Position numbers and translations under genes: made by a program | DNA from: Iphione sp. A-MEVVRFRX5 | Lineage: Eukaryota | Direction of reading: 5' to 3' | Assembly (NCBI GenBank): GCA_976226885.1 | Contig: OZ320322.1 | Location: 42,966,001-43,030,000 of the forward strand | Length of the DNA: 64,000 bases | Notes under the pieces: generated by a model | What the model was told of the DNA's origin: nothing | Seen by the model: only the letters and a program-made list of their open reading frames with translations | The model's database searches: none | In this document: in pieces, positions 35,629-46,354 of the stretch | How the letters are laid out: the number at the start of each line of letters is the position of its first letter | Numbering within the stretch: position 1 is the stretch's first letter

Positions 35629-37387
35629 TCATCTGGTCTTTTTTGGTCGACCATGACCTCCTTTACCACGCTTACGTTGTGGCTTTGCTTGTGGCTCAGG
35701 TTCAAAGTCAGAGTCCTGGTCCGAGCTGGACCTCTCCATTTGCCTGAACATCTCCTTCTCCTCCTCCTCCTCCTCTGAAGTGTCAGGGGTCTGGGCACGC
35801 CCACGGCCCCTACCTCTGCCTCTGCCTCTGCCTCTGCCCCTGCCTCTGCCCCTGCCTCTGCCTCGTGCGGGGCGTTCCTCACCAGGTCCTGGAGCTGGGC
35901 CTGGAGCTGGTCCTAGAGCTGGTCCTGGCTCTGTGTCTGACTCTGCTTCTGTCACCATGGGCTCAGGAACAGACGGCTTCGGGCACATAATGTCTTTGGT
36001 CTCCTCTGTGCAGAAGTCCCTGATGTTCTTGAACAGATACCACTGTCTCTTGGTAGACAAACCGGGGGAGGGAACAGGTGGAGGAGGGCCCCTGGGGACT
36101 GCTTGGGGATCAACACTTAACATCTTGAAAGTGTTTGGCTGGCTGTCTGCATACTCACGGTAAGAGATAACCCCAGATAACCTCTGGTTGGAGAACTCAA
36201 AATGGTGAAACTGCTTAATACCTGGCAAACGTCGGATAAAAGGCAAGAGGAAAGCTTGCCAGTCATAGGTTGGGACATAGACATTCCCAGACTCATCCCC
36301 AACAAGTTGGGGAACATTGACCTGATCATGGGTACTCTTCAGTACTGTTTGAGACAAATCGGATAAGCTAGATACTGACTCACGCCGAAACTTCTGTTTC
36401 AGTAAACCGAAGCACCAGTCCGGTGCAAACTTCATGTGGCCAGTAATAAGAAAGTTCAAAGTTAGTGTGTGGTGCCGACCAGTCAGGACCCTCCACATGA
36501 GATATGCTAGCACCCAATTGTTCTTGTTCTGGCCACTGCAGTTGTCGCAGTGCAGATCCACAGAGCAAGAACCCAGATCAAACTTCTCAAAATAGTGGTG
36601 CAAATATGAGATTACAGCATTCGATCCCTTGCTCCCACAGTGTCCCTCATCTATAAGATAGTTGACTTGCTTGGGAATAGCCTCATTGCACACCCCGAAG
36701 ATACCCACCTTCCGTGGGACTAGAAAATAAAGAGGCCCAGGCTGCATGGGGGAGGAGGGGAGGTGGACCTGCTGGGCATAATCAAAACTGATATGAGTAG
36801 CTATGTCTACGGAACAAGGTGGGTGTGGAGCAAGGACTGTGGCATTGGCTTCCCAGTAGGCAGCCTTGGCATTCTTCACCATATTCTGATAAAATGTCCT
36901 TTCCGCTGTTACAACCTCCAGATGTTTCTGCTGCTTCTTAAGTTTTGCTGCCTTGACTACCTCGGGGAGATTACTAGATGAGGAAATATCCCTGTAGTTA
37001 CGCTGACATTCCCAACATAGGTCAGTTTTTGGGCGGGAACAAACTATACGGGGAAGAAGTTGCAGCCACAAATTCCGGAATGTGGAGTCTGCTACACACC
37101 TGTACTCAGACTCCTCCATAGCTTGACAATACAGTTTGTAGATGTCTGCCTTAGTGGCAGATGAGGGGAGGAGGAGAATATCATCGCGCTTGTGGGTAGC
37201 TACACGGCCAGGCAGGACAAGGGCGTTGGTCTCAGCATACGAGGTGATGAACCCTGCGACTCTCTGGATATCGGTGAGGTGGAGGATCTTGGTTTTTGAC
37301 TGTCTCCCACCAGCCCTCTTGACACGGGGGACAATGCCGTTGTCCTTATACCATTGAATAATGCTGGTCAGTTTGTTTTGGCTGATG
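35629..37387 (-). CDS. Sola transposase exon 4 (DDD catalytic core + low-complexity tail)
   Basis: Acceptor CCTTCCAG|C. Motifs KTDLCWEC, SFDYAQQ, HCDNCSGQNKN and GHMKFAPDWCFG; open to the TGA at 35629. Spliced total 2316 nt = 771 aa. Confidence 0.9.
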
Positions 37388-37614
37388 CTGGAAGGCAAAG
37401 TGAAACACCCTTAATATCTAACCAAGAGAGTAGACCATAAATACAAGTGCATGTTGGTTGTCATGTTTAATTGGTGGGTGGTTACATACTCCATGACTCC
37501 TCTGATATACTTATCTATTGACTCATACTGTTAGCACTATAAATACATGAAATTACATTTTAGCATTAAGCTACCTGTAAGAAAATAATAAGTACAAGGA
37601 TGAGGGATACTCAC

Positions 37615-37786
37615 GCATACATAAACTTAAAGGTGTCCCTGCAAATGACCTTGGAACCAATCATGTAGTGGCTGCGTGGAGCACGTCGCTCGTACTTCCC
37701 CTTTTCCCCCTTCTTCCATGTTGAGGTCATGGCACTTATGTCTGTCACTGTACTTATTATGCCTTGCAGAAGCATGTCTTTTTCTC
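37615..37786 (-). CDS. Sola transposase exon 3
   Basis: Acceptor TTCTAG| and donor GC|GTGAGT; 172 nt. Encodes GEKDMLLQGII..ICRDTFKFMYA. Confidence 0.85.
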
Positions 37787-38009
37787 CTAGAAGAGACAGG
37801 TATACATGACGTCTCATCAAGATGGATAGGATTGACATAATATTGGTTTTTTCTGGCAAGGGTTAGACTGACAAGTCAATAATACTAATGATTTTGGCAC
37901 ACGTCAAATTGAAGTGATCTTTCCAGTTATACATCTTAAAGAAGAAATGCAGAATGGTTACATAATTACAATCTCAACAGGTTGGACAAGTTCGGGAAAC
38001 AATAAGTAC

Positions 38010-38107
38010 CTGAAGACAGCTGGAAAACCTCCTGCCGTCTGTCTGCCAACTCGGTTGCTGTGAACTGTTTGCTGCAGTTGTCGTCATTGTAGTGTTTACA
38101 AGAGCAC
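38010..38107 (-). CDS. Sola transposase exon 2
   Basis: Acceptor CCTGCAG| and donor CAG|GTACTT; 98 nt. Encodes CSCKHYNDDNCSKQFTATELADRRQEVFQLSS. Confidence 0.8.
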
Positions 38108-38431
38108 CTGCAGGCAATTTTCACGTGGTCAGTTTCTCAGTTCAAAAAAAAAAATTACAATGGCCCTAAATACAATAGTCTAAACACCTACAGAAAATGT
38201 TCATAATTATGTTCAGTTTCTCATAGTTTAAAAAATTCTAAAATGGCCCTAAATACAAATGTGACAAAAACCTATTCTAACATGTTCACAAGATTTTATT
38301 CTAACATGTTCACAAGATACTTAAGAATCTGTAAAGGGATTTGTAACTATAGGGACAATTTTCTAGTAGTTTGGTCTTCGATTGTTCAGTGCAACTGCAC
38401 ATCACTGTTATGGCAGATTAAGAGAACTTAC

Positions 38432-38718
38432 CTGAAGTTTTCACAGCGTGCCCACTCGTCTTTCAGGATCTCCTCAGTAGGATCGGTGACTACCAGTGAA
38501 TCCTCAACCTCTCCTGAGGGTTCCTCCTCTTCCTCCGATTGTTCTTCTACCTTCTCCACCTCCTCCTCATCAGCCAGGCCCTCCTCCACCTCCTCCTCAT
38601 AGAGAAAGTACTCATCCACGAGATTCCGCCATTGTGCCTCTGCAGCCACGCCATGTAAATTGGCCCGACTGATGTTGTTTAAAGCATCTGCCAAGGCTTG
38701 AGCCCGATCCGTGGCCAT
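38432..38718 (-). CDS. Sola transposase exon 1 (acidic N-terminus)
   Basis: MATDRAQALADAL..EEEVEE..CENFR; donor AG|GTAAGT, phase 2. Confidence 0.8.
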
Positions 38719-39959
38719 CCCTGGTTGTTGGCAGACACTTCTGCATCCAAATGCTACGTTATTCCCATCTCTATTAATTATTATCCACGGCTAGAGCAGC
38801 GACCCACGTCCGCTCACTGCGAAGCCAGACATTTAAACTGACCCAAACACGCTCACACGGGAGGCTTTCGACCAATCGGCGCACGGCATTCACCACACGT
38901 GACCCCCATGGCAATGATTGTTTACATGACGTCTCCCTTTAAAACGGCCCTTCATTGGTCAGAAAGAATGCACTTTCAAAATCTGAAGGCGTCATTGGCT
39001 AGGGAAATTCGCGCGCTTTCAGCAGGTACCCGGGAAGTGGGCCTAGGATGATGGGAGGACCCAAAAACGAGCTGCTGAAGTTTGGAAAAAATAGCCCCGA
39101 GCGAGGGTTCTTTTGTCTGTGTGCATTCAAGCAGCTACTACCTTCAGAGCCATATTGCAGGCACTTATAGTCATCGTGGGAGTCTAATTTTTTCACAGAA
39201 TAAACTTGAGACATGATAGATATGAAAACAATAAAAACCCCATTTTCGATATTTTGACCGACATCCGCCTTTGGAGGCCCATATCTCGGTTTTAGTCCCT
39301 GCGACTTCCGACTCATTTCGCTGAAACGGGTCACATATTTCAAAGGTAATTCATTCTTAAACTTCTGAATGGATAAGATGACTACCATTTTGTTTCACCC
39401 AGTTTCACATTTTTAACAATGGGGAACATCAGTCAATATAAAACAATAATTATGGTTCAGGGCATAGCTAATAACGGTTCACCGAGAATTGAGATCACCC
39501 ATAACGCATTAAAAAAAGGTGCAGATAACACTTCAGCAAGTAGCACTTAATCAGGAAATGCTTCATAGCACTTAGTGCTTAATTTAGGAGGCAAATAGCA
39601 ATTCACATTGGAATAAAAAAAAGCCAATAATGCTTCACCAGAATAGTTGACACCTCCTGTGTATACCGCACATATATGAGAAACCTGTGAACAGATGAAC
39701 TTTAACTCGAAATTGAATGTGAATGAGAAATACATTTTAAGAACATTTTGAAGACCTTTTTCTCCTATTTTGCCTACATTGTTGCAAAAACACTTCTTCT
39801 CACGAAACATATAAACCATTTCCAAATAACCCCTTTCTCTGTTAATTTCATAACGTTGATGCATACCTTACCAATAATGTAGGGACCTTCATTATAGATC
39901 AAGATCAATAATGTTTATTGACACCCTTGATTACATTTCGTACACATTGAGACACTACA

Positions 39960-40406
39960 CAGGCCTGTAGCCAAGGGGTTTATCGGGGGTATCATCCGAT
40001 ACCCCCCAGAAAAGCCAGGAGTTCCACCTCTCTAGCGTTATTTACCTGTAGATCCATAGCATGTATTATATCTATATGTAATTTTACTCTCTTACTCTGA
40101 AACAGGGCTCCTTATATAATAAAATCATTGTCATCGTCACCTCTGTAGGCCTATAGTCAAGGGTGNNNNNNNNNNNNNNNNNNNNNNNNNNNNNNNNNNN
40201 NNNNNNNNNNNNNNNNNNNNNNNNNNNNNNNNNNNNNNNNNNNNNNNNNNNNNNNNNNNNNNNNNNNNNNNNNNNNNNNNNNNNNNNNNNNNNNNNNNAG
40301 AGATCAGAGAGAGAGGAAGGAAGACATCTCTAACCAGGAGTTCCACCTCTCTAGCTAAGAGTTCCGCCCCTCTAATATGAGACAAGACTTCCTGGCTACG
40401 GGCCTG
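39960..40406. mobile_element. Small TIR element (CAGG...CCTG) spanning an assembly gap
   Basis: CAGGCCTGTAGCCAAGG at the left end and CCTGGCTACGGGCCTG at the right; CTACA flanks both sides. Confidence 0.6.
40166..40298. other. Assembly gap (N run)
   Basis: Directly visible. Confidence 1.
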
Positions 40407-40698
40407 CTACATTCCAATAAACCTACATGGGAAAAAAAGCAAGAAATTCTGACAAGCACAACGGTAGTTTACAATTTTGCCACCAGATGTCCGCAAGAAA
40501 GATGCAATGCTGACGTCTAGAGGAGAAATGATGTACTCAAAAGTCACAGAGGAAAATACATTTCTCGCGAAAGCAGTATTTTTTCGAGTGTTTACTATTT
40601 TTAAATATGATGCGTTGTCAAAAGATTGTGTTTAGTTTGAAATGCATAAATCTGGCCATACACTGTTTTCCTCCCATGCTTCTCCATTTATTCCTGTC

Positions 40699-40839
40699 GC
40701 CAAGATGGCGGAGTAAATGTAAAGGTAGCCGGGACTCTCGTGCAGTTTTCAGTTATTACACACAAACAGTCTTTCACGCGCAGCTAGTGTACGTTCGTGA
40801 GGATAATCAGAAGTATCGGATATTTTTAAGCAACAATCG
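40699..40839 (+). promoter_or_regulatory. Candidate promoter-proximal non-coding first exon
   Basis: YY1-like GCCAAGATGGCGG at about 40699-40711, locally CpG-rich sequence and a strong donor CG|GTGAGT at 40840. Confidence 0.35.
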
Positions 40840-42638
40840 GTGAGTTTATTTTGACACAATCATGACTTATCGGCAAATATACTAAATGAATGGGTACGGG
40901 GCAGTGTAAACAAATCAATGCTGGATGCAGTTGACAGGAACTATCAACGTGTCGTCTACGGAAGTAAACACACCCAAAACAGGTGTTCAGGATGGTTCTG
41001 GACCGAAGCAAGCGGAAAAATTTGTTGACACAGACTTCATCTATCAAGCCATTTGTATGTATTCCATACGCAACCTCCTTCTGTGAGAACTTCAATTGAA
41101 CTATATATATATATTTTTTTTTAACGCGTGTACATTCAAATGACATTGCTTGTTGACAGTGCAGAACATTTAACTTTGAGTTATGCACACGACAGGTCAG
41201 TGTGTTCATGGTAGAATCTCATAGTGTGGGCGTTACAGTGCTGCCTTGATAATATTGTCAGGCGGTTTCCAAATATACCATTCCCTGTCAATCAGTGTGT
41301 TTTTGAGATCGCCCTTGCAGGACATTTAAATTGAAGTACCCAGTATGAGCAGATCACTAGAAAATGGAATGTTGTAGTTTGGGCGTTGCAGTGTTTCCTT
41401 CATGTGTTGTCAGATCGTCTGTCATTCTCTCTTATTGTTTTTTTTTTTTTTTACATCTTCTCAAACACAAAAAAATACTTTAAGTTTCTTTGATCCGAGT
41501 CTGACATTAATGTATACACACAAATCAAAATACATTTTCTCTAGCTGAGTCAGAGGTGACTCCATGACTAACATATATACAGACCTGAACTGGCTATGTA
41601 CAGCTAACTTGTATCAGTCAGCTGTGGTCATTATGTTTGGTACGTCATGTCTCCTTTTGACGCGCTACTCTGACTTATATCCAGGTTCTTTTAAGAAAAC
41701 AGTTTGTTTCCGTTTTGTAAGTTTGAAATGTAATGTTATCATCGTAAATAGGTATGTCATAAAAATGCATCACTTCATATCGAGTATTGATGTTTGCTCC
41801 ACTGGAGACTTTCCCCAACTGATATTGTCATTACACTGTCAACGTACCACTTAATTTATCAAGTACACAAGCGCTCAGTGTGACCTTTGTTTGGCCACAG
41901 GGCAACCAATTTTCACTGCAGCCTGCTTAGGCCGTGTTCAGATGTATCTATAGAAAAAACGTGTACGGGTGCGTATCCGTGGTTTACCTCCTTATTTAAG
42001 GTCTTCTGTGAGCAATACCAGATGTTTCTCTTCCACTGGATGCTATGGAAAATGGACCCGGCTCCATAAAAACACCATTGCCGTCGGATTTTAAAATGGA
42101 CCCAGGTCCACATCTGTTTTGTAACGGATACATCTGAACAGATTAGTACAAGTGCTATGGCTAGATAAAAAAAAACCAAAATAAACCGTCTACGTGTCTG
42201 TATCCATTTTGAAAATATATGGATGCATGTGAATACCACCTTACTAAACAGGGTGGTGGTAGTGGTGCCAGTCACCTCTCACTTCCATCTCCCACCATGT
42301 ACTGAAACTTTTAGACATCAGTTCTGCTTGACTGCCCATCCTGCTGGATGACAGGGCAGCTGGGTGGGTGGAGTAAAGGCTAAAGGTGTTGGTTTACAAA
42401 TTGACATAAGGATGCTTACAATTACTGAGGAAACAGTCCAGTGTTATATTCTGTTCTTCTTAAACCTGTCACAATTAAGATAAATTCGAGATGCAGTACT
42501 TGCCTTCTTTTGCAGCATTTTCACTAAACACATAAGTAACTATGAAAAATAATTTCTCTGCCTTAAGTTTCATCTGGGTGAGACCTTCCCATGGCCAGAC
42601 CTACTTTTGGGCAACGTTTTATATATGTAGTGTAAGGG

Positions 42639-43051
42639 GGGTAAACGACAAGTGTCTGTCGGGGTGGTCTTATGGATTAGTCCATCAGATTTAAGCCAGT
42701 TGGGATAACCGTGTGTAGGCGGTGGATCCATCTACGCTCTAACCGTTCGCGTTCTAACCTGTAAGCAGCGGTGGCTGGAGTCTTGAAAAATTCCAAGACC
42801 GAGATTTGGCAGCCTTTCCAGCCCGCTGGTTTAGTGGGTGGGCACATGTTGAAGTGTTGGCCCACTGTTGTGTTTCTGCTGTGTTTGATGTCATGACGGT
42901 GCCCATTGAATCTTTCTGCTATAGAGTTCTGAGTTTGGCCTACATATTGTTTTCTACAGTGTGTGCAAGTGATTAGATACACTAGGTTATTGCTGCGGCA
43001 GGTTATGTTTATGTAGGTACGGACTCCAATACCATCTGTCATAGTAGTAGT
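42639..43051 (-). repeat. 413-bp inverted copy of the Penelope endonuclease/3' region
   Basis: Matches 44604-45016 apart from scattered substitutions (e.g. CRSNN vs YHSNN, NTTVG vs DTTMG, ERERL vs ECERL). Confidence 0.97.
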
Positions 43052-43052
43052 C

Positions 43053-44978
43053 ACCTATGATGAAAGAGAAGCTATCACACCCCTTAGATCAGATACAAGC
43101 ATTGTGATTAAAAAGGCCGATAAAGGCAAAGCTGTAGTAGTCATGAACAGAGAGGATTACATCCAAGAAGGCCTTCGCCAACTAAGTGACGATAACTTTT
43201 ATGTCGAAACACGGACTGACCTGACACCCAAACACAAGAAAGTAGTAGATAAGGCTGTTACACAAATGGTCACCCAAGGGGAAATCACTAAAAAGGTCTG
43301 AGACTACATCACAAACAATAATAACAGAACGCCAAATTTCTACCTGCTCTCCAAAATCCATAAGAACAAACACCCACCGCCAGGTAGACCAATAGTCTCT
43401 GCGAACGACTGCTCAACTGAGAAGATCTCACAATTAGTAGACTTAGTCATAAATCCACTAGTACCATTACTTAGATCATACGTTCACGACACCACAGATT
43501 TCCTACGAATTCTGAGCAAGACCCCCGCAGTAGACCAGGGGACGATTCTGGCAACCATGGACGTAACCAGTCTATATACTAACATCCCCAACACTGAGGG
43601 AATAGCAGCCACAAGAGAGATGCTACTAAAACATAGGGACGCTGACCTTAACCCCTCAATAGGTAGCACTATTGATCTCCTCACCCTGGTCCTCACATGC
43701 AACAATTTCGATTTTAATGGTAAACACTACCTACAGATAGGCGGCACAGCTATGGGAACACGTTTAGCCCCCTCATATGCAAACATATTTATGGGCAAAT
43801 TTGAGGAAGAACATGTCTACAGCTATCACATCCAACCAATATTATGGTTACGATACATAGGCGATGTATTCCTAATATGGGATGCGGGCCGAACAGAACT
43901 TGAACGGTTCCATGCATTCCTTAACTCTAGACATCCGACAATCAAATTCACTATGGAACAGTCGACAAAGTGCATCAACTTCCTCGACACCACAGTCAGT
44001 CTAAATGGCCAAGGCTTCCTGGAAACCACAGTATACCAAAAGCCTACAGACTCCCATAACTACTTAATGTACAATTCATGCCATCCGCGAAGTTGCACGG
44101 ATAGCATAGCCTACTCCCAAATGCTAAGATTTAGGAGAATCTGCACCCATAAGTCAGATTTCATCTTACACTCAACTCAACTTATGATAGATCTGCGGAG
44201 CAGAGGTTACCCGGAGGAGAACCTCAAACATGACCTCATGAGGGTCGCCAATATAGAACGTGACAGTCTATTGGCACAACGGGAACCAAATAAAATTCAC
44301 ACTGGCCCCTTAAAAAATCAAGACAGATTCTATGTAATAACTACACACAATCCGGCCAACCCTCCCATCCGCGACATCATTTCTAAACACTGGTCAGACC
44401 TAGCTAAATCGAAATCGACAAAACACTTGGTAGACAGCACTCTGATCATCAGCAAAAGACGCAACAAAAATCTATCCGACTTGCTCACCCATGCAAAATT
44501 ACCACAAATCTCACCCGCACACACAATAAGAAGCAAAAACGAAAACAAATGCCGTACACCACTGAAATGCCCGGTCTGCCCAAATCTGAACAAAAGTGGC
44601 AACACTGCTACTATGACGGATGGTATTGGAGTCCGTACCTACATAAACATAACCTACCACAGCAATAACCTAGTGTATTTAATCACTTGCACACACTGTA
44701 GAAAACAATATGTAGGCCAAACTCAGAACTCTATAGCAGAAAGATTCAATGGGCACCGTCATGACATCAAACACAGCAGAGACACAACAATGGGCCAACA
44801 CTTCAACATGTGCCCACCCACTAAACCAGCGGGCTGGAAAGGCTGCCAAATCTCGGTCTTGGAATTTTTCAAGACTCCAGCCACCGCCGCTTACAGGTTA
44901 GAATGCGAACGGTTAGAGCGTAGATGGATCCACCGCCTACACACGGTTATCCCAACTGGCTTAAATCTGATGGACTAA
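43053..44978 (+). pseudogene. Penelope-like RT-GIY-YIG ORF with one in-frame stop
   Basis: IKKADKG, FYLLSKIHK, GRPIVS, MDVTSLYTN, GTAMGT, WLRYIGD (YIDD mutated) and VYLITC..C..YVGQT. A TGA at 43299-43301 splits one continuous frame. Confidence 0.92.
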
Positions 44979-45163
44979 TCCATAAGACCACCCCAACAGA
45001 CACTTGTCGTTTACCCAGTTTTCTTGATGCTGTAGGGGTAGTCTGCGCCAACTTAAGTAATCCATTAGGACCCCGATGAGTAGGTCCTACCACACTCCAT
45101 CACTCCCATAAAACACTTGGGGATACCAATCACCCTGAATCAAGCAGAACCAACTCAAGGAAT

Positions 45164-45204
45164 GCACTAAATCCTAGCGCCTGAGGAGACAATACAGTTG
45201 AAAC
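45164..45204 (+). ncRNA. Possible degenerate hammerhead ribozyme core
   Basis: CTGAGGA-GAC(AATACA)GTT-GAAAC at 45181-45204, preceded by the hairpin GCACTA/TAGCGC (one mismatch). No canonical NUH cleavage triplet or stem III found. Confidence 0.35.
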
Positions 45205-45389
45205 CAGCAGGAACCCATCATCCGCATAACAGTCACTAACTGATTTAACACAGTGAGACCTGAAAAATGTACTAAGCACTAATTTGATTTATATTTCATT
45301 TTACACAAGCCACTGGAAGACAAACACTAAGAAATCAATAAATATGAGGCAATAAATGAAAATAAATCACTCCAACACAAGCTGACTCA

Positions 45390-45700
45390 GCATGATGGGA
45401 TACCACAGGAGGGCCAAGTGACCAATAGAAACATCTGTTCAAAATTTGTTCCAAGTTGGATGTACCCCCCTTGATGGAGCTCTGGGAAATCATTCCCAGG
45501 TGGTAGCGCAGTCAATCTCACGTCGTTCGAATATATGTAGTGTAATAAATGTGACCACCCCTCTGCTCCAAGGGCAAGTGGTCGGATTAACAGTTTTGGT
45601 TGCATACCCATCTGATGTCATATACCATGGGAAAAAATTGAAAAGACTGCTTTCCAGCCGAATTTGCATGAATTTCACTGCTTTGGGCCGAATTCACATA
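45390..45700 (-). pseudogene. Probable BTB/POZ (kelch-like) gene fragment
   Basis: LGAEGWSHLLHYIYSNDVRLT..YIQL resembles the BTB consensus AEG..LL.YIYTG.L.LT..YLQL; upstream SSLF..YMTSDG lies in another frame. Confidence 0.45.
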
Positions 45701-46266
45701 CATTTTGCCATTTGCAGCCAACTTTGTCCCTTTCACACCTTGGTCACACCTTAGACAATGAATAACCCTTCAAATGGTCTGTTCTTTTTGGGAGGAGTGG
45801 TTGCACTGACACCTCTGCTCACATTGTGTTACTCACATCCAAAAGAAATGGCCCTAACATGTGGGCAGAGGATGGTTTGGTCACAAACCGGTCTGCCCAG
45901 AAAGTGATATGCTGATATACATGTTAACAGGGAGAACTGTTCTGTTCGAAGCTCAAGTGGTCGCATTTCAGGTTTTGATAACATACCGGTATGGTCACAA
46001 TAGGTATTCGACTGTTCTCTAAGTGCTTATTTTGTCATTGAAAAACTTTGTCACAGTAGGATTGAGCAACATTTAAATAGTATGTTCATGGTAGGTTTTA
46101 CCTCTACTATGAGTCAAAGTACAGGTTGTGCTGAAGTTAATATACATGTATTCTTTCGTTAAGTTCCGAAAGATTTTAATTGCATGGTTATCATTGCCAT
46201 AAGCTGTCAAAAGTAGGTCATGTATGTAATGTAGAATTCCATGGATCCTGGAAAAGATATTGTCCT

Positions 46267-46310
46267 TCTCTCTCGCTCTCTCCCTCCCTCACTCGCTCTC
46301 TCTCTTTCTC

Positions 46311-46350
<40 letters not shown>
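46267..46350. repeat. (CT)n microsatellite, imperfect
   Basis: Directly visible. Confidence 0.95.

Positions 46351-46354
<4 letters not shown>

Larger units (their letters stand above)
34942..39334 (-). mobile_element. Full-length Sola1-like DNA transposon (4393 bp)
   Basis: 33-bp TIRs GTGACCCGTTT(TG/CA)GC(A/G)AAATGAGTCGGAAGTCG with 3 mismatches. ATAT duplication at 34938-34941 and 39335-39338 fits the AWWT target described for Sola1. Confidence 0.85.
42639..45370 (+). mobile_element. Penelope-like element (Neptune-type), 5'-truncated with an inverted copy of its 3' end
   Basis: RT plus GIY-YIG endonuclease with a C-x5-C-x2-C linker motif. 42639-43051 is the reverse complement of 44604-45016. 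The 3' boundary is estimated from AATAAA-rich sequence. Confidence 0.9.

Noticed and set aside
35592-36163. Alternative ORFs with AEAGAE, RRRRRR and PLPLPL repeats
   Set aside because: Other frames and the antisense strand of the Sola transposase low-complexity tail.
41913-42275. 120-aa ORF with a hydrophobic stretch resembling a type II membrane anchor
   Set aside because: It overlaps a short inverted-repeat element (TGTTCAGATGTATC / GATACATCTGAACA) and has no recognisable domain or splice support.
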